Counted from the first letter of the stretch, positions 19,741 through 32,072 are shown. The stretch is DNA of 43,034 bases from Nemertoderma westbladi (GCA_032718475.1 JAUCBJ010007280.1:1-43034); one strand, 5' to 3'. The notes: generated by a model from the letters alone, not told the origin. Numbers and translations: made by a program.

Positions 19741-21983
19741 ATGGAATCTGTGAAACCATCACAACCAAAAATGATGTCATTAAGCGGTAGCTCTACTGAT
19801 AGTGCGCCCGCCCCATACGTATCGGTGATTACAGGTAAGAGTGTGTGGGGCCTCGAGTGTTTGGGGGAAGGAATAGAAATAAAAGCATTTAACGGGAAAT
19901 ACGTTCGATTCAACCGTTGGGGTGATACCAAAGGACGCAACGTCGTACAAGAATCGGTAAGTCTTACTTACCAGAACATAAGATTCCTGTTTGACTTCCT
20001 CAATTATAATAAAATAGCCTTTGAATATTACAAGGAATACACCCGAGGCAATTTGCTTATACTACTAGGATCGGCATGCTGCATTGCAGCTGCATTTTTA
20101 AGAATGCTGTGCTGGCTTGTCAACAAAATTGCGCCGCCACAACTCCCTATCACCCATGACATTTGCTAGATCATCCGCATCTTTAAGGCCAGTGTCCTTT
20201 AAGATGCGTCTCAAGAAAGTCATGGGCTGTCCACCATGCTTATTCACTCCATGAGGCTGCCAAAGTACAAGATTATGCACTGGCTGGTCCTCACGGCGAA
20301 AGCAATGTCCTGCAAAGCGGAGGCGATTTTGTTCTAGTGTCAAGCTTGGGGGAACCAATGAGACACCTCCAATGTTATATAGTGTCTGGTTGGAGATGTG
20401 TGCATTGTACTTGACACAATGTACCCGGCGTAGCATTCTTGTGAATGTGCCATCCAGAGATTTGGTGTCCTCAGCAGTTAGAGCCCAGCATGGACTCCCG
20501 TTGAGGAGTACTGGAACTACTGCTGCTCTAAATAATCGGACCTTAAGTTTCCGATTAATTCTAGGTGACTTCCAAATCCTGGAAAGCCTATTCAAGGCTG
20601 CCCATGCCTTTCCCTTACGTATTCGAAGGTCCTCACCTGACTTCCGGATCCATGATCCCAGGTAACAGAAGTCGTCCACATGCTCAAGCATACCATCCTT
20701 TGAGCTTATGCTCATCCGATCAGAGACTTGCTGAGGACTTTCAAAGTTAACTGTCAGAATTTTGGTCTTTCTGGAGTTAATAAAAAGACCAACACTAGAA
20801 GCAGCATGTTCTAATGAGCTGAGGAGCCGCTGGGCTCCCTCTAATGATTCTGAGAGTACTCCTAAGTCATCAGCAAAGTCTAGATCAGTTAGGTACTTGG
20901 CAGGATTTCCTCGACTTCTGGAGCCAGTAGGTGGAGTTATCATCACCCCATCATCATTATGATGATCTAAGGACATGCGTAGAACATAGTCAACCACAAT
21001 AATTTGCTTATAACACCAATAAATCATGCATACTTACGCATTGGGAAAAACGGCGCATCAATTTTTATCTCGCGAAAAATTCTAGATGTCTTACAAAACA
21101 TCTACGGCAAAGTCGTTCTTTCCCGTATTGAACCAAAAAAGAAGGAAATTCATGATGAGAATTTTATGGAGTTCGAAGATTGTGGGTACATTGGATATAT
21201 CTACGACTTTGAAGGGCAACGATTTGTCGGCGTTTGGGAAGCGGATGATATAGGTAGACAGCGGAAGGGTGTTATATATTACGATGGGTTGAATCTCAGA
21301 GCGGATGAATTCTGTTTGCTCGACTTTAACATAGATAAGAATGTTAACGAGAATATCGATGAGGTTAGTATGAGGTACACATCAACCGTTAACAAAAACG
21401 GGATATATTTGTCCCACAACTTTGACACCAAGGTTATTTTCATCCCTCGAAACAACGCAAATGTCGAGATAATTAAGCAATTACAGAAGTACGCGGACCG
21501 CGATATTCCGTCTGGGTGTGAGTTTCTACCGATTAAAAAGTTAGTTGTTGAGGCTGCGATTGATGAATTAGCGGACGAGGAACTAATGAAAGTGGAAATG
21601 CCGAACAATGCTAGTCAGCTGAAGACGTCCGAAGCAGTAAAAGTCGCTGCTAAGAAAATGGATGAGAAAAAATCTGGTTGCCTGCGATTGCAGAAAATGA
21701 ACAGGTAGACAGCACTGAAAAAAAGAATGATTATAAGGATATTGATACCCTCGTTGGGGGTGTGAGCGCTCAGATGAAGATGAAAACACCTAAAGCCATG
21801 AAAGAACAAGCGCTTAAGCGAAAAATTGATCTCATCGTGAATAAAACACCTAGCTATGAGTATGAAGATATCAGCGACTTTGAAGAGGACATCGTCAATG
21901 ATACGGATGATGGTGAAGACATTTTCAATTAAATCGAGACTAATGGGCAACCTCAAATAAAGAAGAATAAACATTCAGTGTGA
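19741..21983 (+). pseudogene. PC4/PUR-like gene, right copy, disrupted
   Basis: Colinear with 13244-14536 but split by an RTE insertion, an A-run frameshift near 21670 and GAA>TAA at 21930. Confidence 0.88.
20062..21000 (-). mobile_element. 5'-truncated RTE-clade LINE (family B), 939 bp
   Basis: LDFADDL, FCYLGSWI, RLRFAGHCFR; TAG tail; 12-bp TSD AATTTGCTTATA (20050-20061, 21001-21012); empty site visible in the left arm. Confidence 0.95.
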
Positions 21984-22215
21984 ATCTTCGAGCGGTAGAA
22001 ACTTTATTATATAAATAGACCATGTTCGTAGGCGGTGTCGCCGCAACGAGCCGGGCGCGGTTAAATTATTATTATTATTTTGTGGTGGTAAATTATTTGT
22101 TGGTATAATGAATTATCGATTGAAATAAATATTATATAAATTTATTTATAGTATTATACATTATTATACACATATTTATATATTTATTACATTATTTTAT
22201 TTATTATACGCGGAT

Positions 22216-22659
22216 ATGTTGGGGGAAAATGAACTTGTGGTGGATGAAGTAGATATGGATGCGGAGGAAGAGGTGGAAGAGGAGGAAGATGTGGATGTGG
22301 CGGCTGAAATAGCGAAGGAGAATGAAGCAATATTGGTGGCTATGTATGCGAGGGAGAAAGAAGAAGCGCGGTTGGAGAGGTTGTTAAATCCGAGAAACAA
22401 GTGGGAGGAGATAGAGAAGAACCATTATTTGGAGGAAGAGGCGAGAAAGAACAGCGCGTGGGGTGAAGATTGGGAGTTGGAGATGGAGGCTGAGGGGGTT
22501 AGGAGAGCGAGGGAAGCTGAGAGGTGTGCGCAGGAGAAGGTGATGAAAGAAAGGATTGAGATGTTAGAAGGAATGATGGAGGTGTTGGGTGATGGTGGTG
22601 GTGGTAATGGTAATAATGCGGTGGATGTAGATAGCGAGGATAGTGGGATAAATGGGTGA
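22216..22659 (+). CDS. Acidic coiled-coil protein (147 aa), right copy
   Basis: Same translation as the left copy; TATAAATA at 22010-22017. Confidence 0.65.
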   Translation: MLGENELVVDEVDMDAEEEVEEEEDVDVAAEIAKENEAILVAMYAREKEEARLERLLNPRNKWEEIEKNHYLEEEARKNSAWGEDWELEMEAEGVRRAREAERCAQEKVMKERIEMLEGMMEVLGDGGGGNGNNAVDVDSEDSGING

Positions 22660-22749
22660 GTTGGTGGAAGAAATTTTAAAATAGTAATGGTGATGGATTT
22701 AAGTATAATAATCAAATTTGTTGGTATAATGATAATATTATAAATACAA

Positions 22750-23839
22750 TAACCTTACTTCGCCGTAGCTCGCCCCACAACTCATTAATGGCGCCCATAT
22801 GCTAAGGCTTCACTCGCTTCATGGCTCGCCCCATTTTTTCAATGTTGGAAAGGAATGAAGGGGATGTCGGGTGATGGTGGTAGTGGTAATGATGTTGTGG
22901 ATGCGGAAGAAGATTGGGTAGATGGTGATAGCGGGATAAGCGGGTGGGGTGGTGGGAGAAATTTTTAAATAAAGCGGCGTCGGATTTAAGTAAATGATCA
23001 AATTAAAATAACCTTACTTCGATGCTATCACTCACTTCATGGCTCGCCCCATAGGTAGAATAATCAAATTAAAATAATATTATAAATACTATAACCTTAT
23101 ACTCACTTCGTGGCTCGCCCCACAACTTGTTGCGTAGTGATAAGTATAAATACAATAACCTTACTTCGATGCTATCACTCACTTCATGGCTCGCCCCATA
23201 GGTTGTTGCGTAGTGATAAGTATAAATACAATAACCTTACTTCGATGCTATCACTCACTTCATGGCTCGCCCCCCCCCCCCCCCCCCCCATAGGTAGAAT
23301 AATCAAATTAAAATAATATTATAAATACCTTATTCTCACTTCGCGGCTCGCCCCCCACAACTTATTGCTTGACAATATTGGTAGCCGCCGTTAGTCTGTG
23401 TTTATTCACCTTTTTTTAGTTGTTGCGTCTGTAATAGTCTATCATGTTAAAGACTTTATTAAATAAATTGGAGATGAGCTGTTGCAACTGTAATTAAAGG
23501 TGTAATATTATGGGTTTGTTCACTTTATAAAACAAACGTCTGCAACCCACTTACTATATCGGGTTTTACCTATTGCGGTTCAAGGTCAAACGCCGACCGG
23601 TAGACACGAATTAATTAAATTACTTCCGTCTGTGGACTGGCCTTATACCGCGTATGTCACATATACACAGTGGTGACATATGTTACATATGCACAATGGT
23701 AACCATAGTAACCATAGTAAGTGGGTGGGGCAACAATAGTAATCATAGTAAGTAGGCGGGGCAAGAGCCGTTCGGCAAATTCTTTAACATGGTAGACTAT
23801 GGCAGACACTGTCACAATCCCAGTGTTTAGCATACTACT
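22750..23839 (-). repeat. Right terminal repeat region
   Basis: Reverse complement of the left terminus with indels and about 7 core repeats; ends ACTACT. Confidence 0.85.
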
Positions 23840-24253
23840 AGTACGTGGACATGGAGGTGATCTCAAGCAGCCTATTAATTAAACCTGGGATACCTGAGTC
23901 ATATTGGGGCAATGCAAACTTGCATAATTGTATGTATTTTCTAGCGATGGTCCAGGTATACAGAAAGTTGGAATTTCGTCAAGATGGTGGGAAGTTAACC
24001 CTGTAACCTGATTGAATAAAAAATGGGCAAGTAAAACCTGTTAGCTACCCGTAGGCCTATATAAAAAATGGAAATTAAATTTTCCATTATAATAATTTCA
24101 ATGGAAATTGAATTACTTATATTATTAGAATATCTGATAGGTACTGGTAATGTATGAAATTATATTAAATATAAATCTATAGCTAGCATAAATCCAGTTT
24201 CATAAAGTTATCCGTAACGTAATTAGGGCCAAGTTTTTATCGATATATAATAT

Positions 24254-24457
24254 TCATTCATCTTCACTAACGGCTTCAGCCCCACTAGCATCTTCTAGAT
24301 CGCTCTTTCCACCCTTTTTCTGACTGTAAACAATATAAAATATAATTAAGTACATTAAAATAATTACGTAATCGAATAAACTATAATTTGTCTGTTCGAG
24401 AATGGAATTAATCGTTGATAATATTAATATAATGGCCAGGCTGAATGTATTATCCAT
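24254..24457 (-). CDS. Possible small two-TM membrane protein (67 aa)
   Basis: Two hydrophobic stretches, then KK and an acidic tail; could be a chance ORF in AT-rich DNA. Confidence 0.25.
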   Translation of the reverse strand: MDNTFSLAIILILSTINSILEQTNYSLFDYVIILMYLIIFYIVYSQKKGGKSDLEDASGAEAVSEDE

Positions 24458-24475
24458 TTACGCGATTTATTTATT

Positions 24476-24590
24476 TACTACTACTACTAGGTCGAGCGAA
24501 CTCGGATGGGATGCTGGAAGGATGAGATCCTTCCAGGCTTCCCGATTTTCCATAGTTGTCGCAAATTCTTTTCTCTCAAGTTCGGATGCT
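24476..24590 (-). mobile_element. 3' stub of RTE family A
   Basis: (CTA)nGGTCGAGCGAACTCGGA...GAGATCCTTC matches 2209-2305. Confidence 0.85.
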
Positions 24591-24674
24591 TATTCGCTCC
24601 ATACTATATTAATATATAATTATTAAAATAAAAATATTATTAAATTATATAATATTACTATTTATTATTACTCA

Positions 24675-25365
24675 CTACTTCGATCCACCATATCTTGTTG
24701 GTGCCTGCCGAAAGAAATTGGATAGTGCGTCTTCTATGGCATTTGATGTAAATAGGGTAGTGTTTTTCATCATGGCTTCTGCAAAATTAGAAAATTTTAG
24801 AAATTATAAATAGAAAACTTCAGATCAATGGCTATCAGTATCGCTTTGTATTTATCCACCAGCCAGGGCGCCTCTCTGCCTTGCATCCTTAAGTGGTAGC
24901 TAAATGAGTACTGGAGTCTCCTCTGGGGAGTAAAGTTCTGGGGGGACTACACTGAAATAAGTCGTCAGACTCTGTACGTGCGTAATCCCTGGCCTAACGG
25001 CAGAAGAAAATGTACTTTTTTTATACGCAAAATATAATGACCCTAAATACTTACCTATAGGGCAATTTAAGGTCGATTTAAGAAAAACTTAGTCTAAGGT
25101 CTTAAATATATGTACAGCTATTCATTCATTCAGCTACTCATTCACTAATTAATTTATATATTCGCATAGATGTATATTAAATAAACAACATACTTTTGAA
25201 GGCGGTCATAATGTTTGGGTATGAATCCGTAATGGAATTTCTCTTTGTCCGATGTCCTGTTTTAGAAAAATTACTTGCAATAGAATTTGTCATCAGGGAA
25301 TTACCAATAATATTAGCTGCTTTCCTGCAATCCTGCGTTGACGTTCGATCAGAAATCTCCTGGAT
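24675..25365 (-). CDS. Last two exons (25365-25194, 24778-24675) of a DUF4806/BEN-like domain gene, probably a DNA-transposon accessory gene
   Basis: ttttag| exon |gtatgt ... ctaattttgcag| with matching phase 1. Joined peptide ...LMTNSIASNFSKTGHRTKR...IMTAFKKAMM...IEDALSNFFRQAPTRYGGSK* is open. Confidence 0.65.
24862..25022 (+). mobile_element. SINE fragment with Nin/Deu-like central domain, inside the intron
   Basis: CTCTGCCTTGCATCCTT..GGTAGCTAAATGAGTAC....CTGGGGAGTAAAG resembles the Nin/Deu consensus CTCAGCCTTCCATCCTT..GGTCGATAAATGAGTAC. Confidence 0.5.
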
Positions 25366-25450
25366 CTAAAAAAATTACACTTTATTAAATATTGCATTAA
25401 TTAATTAATTGTAGGATAATTGTAGTAATTAATTGTCCCGGAATTACACC

Positions 25451-25880
25451 GGATGAGCATAAGCTCAAAGGATGGTATGCTTGAGCATGTGGACAACTTC
25501 TGTTACCTGGGATCATGGATCCGGAAGTCAGGTGAGGACCTTCGAATAAGTAAGCGAAAGGCATGGGCAGGCAGCCTTGATTGAATAGGCTTTCCAGGAT
25601 TTGGAAGTCACCGAGAATTAATCGGAAACTTAAGGTCCGATTTTTTAGAGCAGCAGTAGTTCCAGTACTCCTCTATATGAGTCCATGCTGGGATCTAACT
25701 GCAGAGGACACCAAATCTATGGATGGCACATTCACAAGAATAGATGAAAAGAAGATTCGGATGATCTAGCAAAAGTCATGGGTGATGTGGAGTTGTGGCG
25801 GCGCAATTTTGTCGACAAGCCGACACAGCATTCTTAAAAGTGCAGCTGCATTGCAGCATGCCAATCATAGTAGTAGTAGT
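25451..25880 (+). mobile_element. Internally deleted RTE family B fragment
   Basis: Near-identical to the reverse complement of 20065-20175 and 20435-20717; ends in (TAG)4. Confidence 0.9.
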
Positions 25881-28408
25881 ATCGACATTAAGTCCTGCAT
25901 CGTTAGTGTTAGGTACAGCATAATGCAATACTGTAGCTTTATTTCTATTTACAGCAAAGCTATTTCTTACCATATAAATATATATTTATTCCCAGCAAAA
26001 ATTAAACTGTAAACTGTAACATGTATGTATATATATACTATTGACACTCGCTTATTGTTTTGGTTCGAATAATATGTCACTGTAACCTGCTGCTTTCCTT
26101 TAACGACACCAGGATATTGCACTAAAGCACCTAATGAAGCGAAACCGTTGGTTTTGGGTCAGGGTAGGGTTTTAGGTATGAGCCTAAAAAATTTACTTTT
26201 GGTAAAGATTATAGGTTTTTTAAAAAAAGTAATGAAATTGAATTCCCTGTCGTTTAAGGCCGAAAAGTATCCTCCATCCCACCCCATTATCAATTTATCC
26301 TCCTTCCGAGAATGTTGAATTTCGGTTACGGTTCCGGACGGAATCAAAATATCGATTCCGGGAAATCCCTAATTAAATCGGCCATTATATTTTTGCTGGA
26401 TTATTGAATATATTTCAAATTAAGAAAAATATATATTTCATACATACACAAGATATTCATTTACAATAGGAAATTCATTCATCACCAGGTTTACTGCAAA
26501 TATTATTCTCAGGGACAATATTATTAAATTGCCGGTATTATTCACCCATAATTATTTTAGGTAATGTAAAGAGACTACTTCTATTACCATTTAAAGTTAG
26601 GCATGGAGATTGAAATCAATATTGTATGACCGTTGAAGGTTAATCTATTGTGTTATTCGCCATTGTGTTGCTTTCATGATGACCTGTATAGTTTACATGG
26701 GTGTAATGGAAACTCCCGAAATAACTGCATTCCATAGAGGTGATAATTTATTTTGTGTACACAGAACCTCAGATCTAGCCATTCACGACAGATATTGTTT
26801 TTCTCTTCGACCAATCCTGGTATTAATTATGTTTGGTGGACGGTTTGAGGTTAACCTTTGAGCATTTCCAAGGCTAATGAGCAAATGTTTGTATAAAATA
26901 AACACGCATTGATTGTGTGACCTTTCTCATTTTAGTCTGAGACGTACTTGTAAATCCTCTTACTTGTGTATTATTTTTATGCTCAAAACTTTTGTGGATT
27001 GTGACTTGAACTGTCTTCTTAATCCCGGCAGCCCTTTTGGACCGTTTCGTAGATGACAGTTACAAGATGACAGTTACAGAGTTGTAGTTAACTTTCAGCA
27101 AAGCCAATGTCGCAGAGATCACGAATGGAGTAGCGGTACTAGTATTCCTTATATATGTCTTATTTGCGTACATGTTACCAGCCCTGTCCAATGTAGAAAG
27201 AAACAGTAGTGATCGCAGTTCCAACACTTTACCAAGAGTGAGTTTTGTATCAGTAATTTGGATGGTACTTAAGTCATATCATATTATTTTTTTTATCTTT
27301 ACTGAATGGCTTTTACCTGTATACCCTTTTTTATTCTGCTCTATTAACTAGTAATTTATCCGCATTCCACATGTTGACCTCTTTTTTCCGTATTCAACGT
27401 TTTTGTTCATGACATTCTTCTCCATCTAAGTCTAAGGTAAGCTGTGTCTAATTAACTAATTAAATCTCTAATATAAAGAAATTATAATTATTATGAGGGC
27501 CTTTAATTTGTTGTTTGTTGTATTTTTTACATTGACATATTTTTGCGAGAAAAAAACTTCCAAGTAAAATTTTGTGCGTCCAAAAACATACCAATGGAAT
27601 TTTGGACATACAAAATCACCCCCAACACCGTATTTTCATTGCGGTAGAAAATTTCTTAATAAAGTTTTATTGCACGCAATGAACATGAACAATGTGCCAA
27701 TTGTGCATATTTGCTAAATAATACATAAATAATTAATTATAGTAGTATAGTTCTTTACCTTTTATATCTTGATTATATCTTGAAAATGATACTGTTTACT
27801 GTTAAAGATTGCAAAATTCCTCAAGAATTTCGGTCGGAGGTAAAAAAGAACATTGCGCATTTTATCTAAAAATTCGGCGAACGCCCACACACTCCCTTCC
27901 CCACCCTGACCAATATTTTTCATAGTGGCACACACGGATAGGGCAGCTGCGCCCATTTGCCCAAAGATGTATAACACATACATAAAATGGCGTTTTCTTC
28001 AAGGAAAATTTCTGCATAATGACATATTTAATGTAGATTCCATCATGTAACTATAACGTTGCTAATAAATGTTACGGTGTTAGGTTCCAGGTCAATTGTA
28101 AATAAATTTACACATTAGAACAGAAGGAAAAAAATCTCAATTAAATAACTTGTAATCTTGTGTCACAGAATTATTAACATATCCAGATGCGCGTTTGTTG
28201 TTTCCAAATACTTCGTTTACTTTATGAATCCTAATTGTTTTCTGATATACATCACTCAGTATCAACAATTTTAACTTTTTTAAATTTTTTAACTTTTAAC
28301 AACGCCAATGTATTTTACATCGCCATAACTTTTACAATAATGGGACATAAATGTTTTACTACCGGTATTTATTTACTATAGATGATAACATTACTTATTC
28401 TTTATTAG

Positions 28409-29446
28409 ATGGCGCCAACTCAAGTCTCTATATCCACGGTCAGATGGTACAAGAGAATTCCGGAGACTGGCGATATAACCCCGAAGACAGGGTTTTATTC
28501 GCCATTCTTCTAAACATAGCCCGGCCGTTGGTTACACTACCGAACGTGCCACCGGGAAAGCAAGCACCAGAACTCCGTCAAAGAAAACCTCGAGGGAGTT
28601 CGCCTTCGATAGAATGTTCGTCCTCGGCGACATCTCGGAGTCCCTGTGCTTCATTTTCGTTGTGTTAGTGGAGTCGGCTGCGATGTCGTGACGGTACCCA
28701 GTACCTCCAGTACGCCAAGCTCTCTATCGGGACGGTGGTCGGTGTACTGGAGCCCGTCATACTGGAGAAGTTCCTCTCCAACGAGTTAGAGAACCCCATA
28801 GTCAACGTCCGGTTCCCGTTCCAACCAGCCACCCAGGCGGTCCCAGCCTCCTTCAATCTCTCCCTCCACGGACAGGTCGGATACCACCAGTTTCGATTTC
28901 ACAACCTCCAACTCCAACTAACGATTACCTCCGCGATGGTTGTGTACCCGACCTGCTCGGGGGAGCTCTGAGACTGTCGCAGCAACGAACCCAATAAACC
29001 CTGCATCTGCGTAGAGAAACCTCCGCAGGATAGGTGGTCAGTTTCAGGGAGAATTATACCCGATAATGATGCCATTGATATCGGGAATGAGTATACCAGC
29101 TGGGCAATGGCGAAGTTATTTGTTTCTCAACCATCCCTCGAACTTCCCGCATCCCTTATTATTCAACAGGGTCTGAGGGCGGCTGTAAGGGACATTGTAG
29201 GAAGAGTTAACGTCGACGGTGGTTGGACTGTGGTGGGTTGGTTCAAGTCGCCAGCAAAAAGAAGTAGGGAACTTCGAACGTGGTGAACGAACTACACATA
29301 CAGACATCGCCCTTCTCCAACCAACCCGCGCAGTCGACATCAGTAATCCGAAATACCGCCGCCAAGCCATTGCCCCAGGCCCTGGAGTTAATCTCGAACA
29401 GCCACAGCTGGTCATACCAGCACCTCAAGCTGTCAAGCTCAGGTGA
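28409..29446 (+). pseudogene. Degenerate ~345-codon gene of unassigned family (Cys cluster; GGWxxxGWxK motif)
   Basis: GC-richer coding-like island. Stitched frames give FDRMFVLGD...LSIGTVVGVLEP...TCSGEL*DCR...CICVEK...VNVDGGWTVVGWFK...DIALLQP. Confidence 0.5.
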
Positions 29447-29557
29447 ATGAACCAGTACAGCAAGACACTGCTGCTGCTGATCCATAAATACTGCAGTCCA
29501 GTGAATGGAATATGTCAATAGACGGTACTGGTGTAAGCCTACACACACAATGCGACA

Positions 29558-29614
29558 GTACTATTGTACTAAGACTGTACAGTCCCCGACTGTACAGTCT
29601 TAGTACAATAGTAC
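29558..29614. repeat. Perfect 27-bp inverted repeat with 3-nt loop
   Basis: GTACTATTGTACTAAGACTGTACAGTC-ccc-GACTGTACAGTCTTAGTACAATAGTAC. Confidence 0.95.
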
Positions 29615-30601
29615 AGTTCAAATTTCAACTGTGTTGAAATTTAAAACTTTTTATTTTAAATTCAACTTTTAAGTTGTAAATTCAACTCTAAAATGGCAAG
29701 AGGCGCAGAAGGGCCCCCAAACGTCACAGAAGGGGTGTTTTTATTGTTTTTAATGATATAACTCGAAAAATTAACCCTAATTACCGATGGAATAAAAACT
29801 TTCACCATCGGGAATATAGTTTTTTTTAAACATTTTAAGTGATTACATTTGCATATTAGCTGAAATACTACGGGAATCTATTATAGATGTATGAAATTAC
29901 TACTGTATGTCATAATTATTATAGGGTATAATGGGGTAATTTCGGACATGGGTCTATTCCAGACATTGGGAAAATTCTGGACAGTAGTAGGCCAGTAGGC
30001 CTACTGTAGTACTGTAGTAGGCTTATCTAATCATACCAATCTATAATAATATCAGTAACTAGTATTGTCAGTGTCAGTAGGATATATGACCAAGGCAATA
30101 ACCCTAGTACGGCCTTTATATTCCAAAACCGTATATCTCAATTTTTGACATTTTGAGAAAATGGCCAAAAACCATTCCGGTTTTTTATGGTTTTTCATTT
30201 TAAATTCTTACTGGGATGAATTCGGGAAATTTCCATATTAATTTTCAATATAGGGTAAACGCATGTGCCGAATCCACCTGAGGCAAAATGAAGGCGTAAA
30301 AATAAAGGGAAATATGTTAAAAACACCATAGTACACCAGTAGTAGAAGAAGAGGGTCCCCCCACAATGTCCTCCCTAAGCTTCTCTATGGGAATTCCATC
30401 CGGAGGGCTATTGAAATTGCTCAATTTTGATACATTTACGACGTCCATCTGCTACCCTGTTCATTCGCATCAACCAATGATTGATATTCAACTACGCATA
30501 GCCTAGCCACACAATTCAAGCTCAAACCCCCCCGTAAGTTACATACTTTATGAAAGCCCCCTATGATGAATTAAATAATTATTTCCCTTATTTTTATTTA
30601 G

Positions 30602-30826
30602 AGCCCCAAAATGGTGATAACATTGGAAGACGTTAGAAAGCACGTCAAACAAGAGGTCACAAAGTATAAAGGTGGCTGGTACTTGTCTGGTTGGACCAAG
30701 GGACCGGATGGAGAATCCGACGACAACAGCCCGGGTCGTCCCCATTTAGTCAACATTCGACCAGTGGACCCCTCCCTCGTATTGCTTCAGAATATTCGGC
30801 ACTTGTATCTGATTATTTACATGTAG
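30602..30826 (+). pseudogene. Exon-like fragment paralogous to the C-terminus of 28409-29446
   Basis: Follows ttttatttag; VRKHVKQEVTKYKGGWYLSGWTKG...HLVNIRP. Confidence 0.4.
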
Positions 30827-31484
30827 CCGGTTACATTAAAGTGTCTGACTGACTTGTATTATAGCAATGTTATATATCTTTAATATATTTTGGGATTAGA
30901 ACATAATACCGCATATTGGGATTACGTTATTGGTTTATATTTATCTTTGACGAATTGTTTTTGATTAATATTAAAATAAATATTGGGAAAGTGTCTGCAT
31001 CCCGTTATAATAAGTGAACTTACAACATTGACTGTTTTACAAAGTCTATATTCTATGCATTGTGTATTGTGTATTCAACCTTTGTAAACAGTGTGCCTCC
31101 TACACTATGAGCATTCTGTTAGTGTTCTAATCAGTGTGGGTTTTATACACGTCCACCCTCTCTTATAAGTGCGGATCCCCACCCATAGTAGTATTTGCTT
31201 AAAGCAAAGGGCAATGAGTTAATTTATATAATAGTATAGTACAGATTGCCAATTAACACTTTGATGTAATACTTCTCTGTATAACAGTAATTACAATGGT
31301 GATAACCTGTTTAATTAATTATCAAATAATTTAGAACAAATCAGCTGATTACAAATTAGATAATTTAAATAAGAGGAAGTAAAATAATTTTTAGAACTTT
31401 AGTCTATTGTCTCTCGTATTATTCGTTATTTGTTATTATCTTCGCTTTTTCTTTCGATTTTGTTTATCTGCCTGACCGACCTAG

Positions 31485-32072
31485 ATTTTTGGGATTTTCA
31501 ACCTCGCGACCCTGTTTTACTCCAACCGACCACGATTTTTGGACTCTCGTTGTCGACCCATTTTCACTCCAACCAACCACGATTTTTGGACTCTCAAGCT
31601 GTCGTCCCATTTTCACTCCAACCAACCACGATTTTTGGACTCTCAAGCTGTCGACCCATTTTCACTCCAACCAACCACGATTTTGGGACTCTCAAGCTGT
31701 CGACCCATTTCTACTCCAACCAACCACGATTTTTGGACTCTCAAGCTGTCGACCCATTTTCACTCAAACCAACCACGATTTTTGGACTCTCAAGCTGTCG
31801 ACCCATTTTCACTCCAACCAACCACGATTTTTGGACTCTCGCTGTCGACCCATTTTCACTCCAACCAACCGCGATTTTTGGACTCTCAAGCTGTCGACCC
31901 ATTTTCACTCAAACCAACCACGATTTTTGGACTCTCAAGCTGTCGACCCATTTTCACTCCAACCAACCACGATTTTTGGACTATCGCTGTCGACCCATTT
32001 TCACTCGAACCAACCACGATATTTGGAGTCTCAACCTGTCGATCCTTTTTCACTCTAACCAACCACGATTTT
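31485..32072. repeat. 49-bp minisatellite (~12 units, some 47 bp)
   Basis: Unit TTTTCACTCCAACCAACCACGATTTTTGGACTCTCAAGCTGTCGACCCA. Confidence 0.97.

Larger units (their letters stand above)
11267..23839. mobile_element. Defective Polinton/Maverick-derived element(s) forming a long inverted repeat (arms 11267-16045 and 18232-23839)
   Basis: Termini AGTAGTATGCTAAACAC...GTGTTTAGCATACTACT; long TIRs with subrepeats; Polinton-type integrase C-terminus adjacent to penton-like ORF. No pPolB, ATPase, protease or major capsid seen; no TSD (flanks AATGAG vs AGTACG). Confidence 0.85.

Noticed and set aside
11267-23839. Pure fold-back sequencing or assembly artefact
   Set aside because: Arms differ by substitutions, indels and a LINE with TSD; a misjoin is still not excluded without reads.
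11261-23845. Single clean, autonomous Polinton insertion
   Set aside because: Flanks AATGAG and AGTACG are not a TSD; pPolB, ATPase, protease and major capsid are not visible.
29921-29985. pogo-like TIR fragment (GGGTATAATGGGGTAATTTCGGACA)
   Set aside because: No matching opposite end found in the window.
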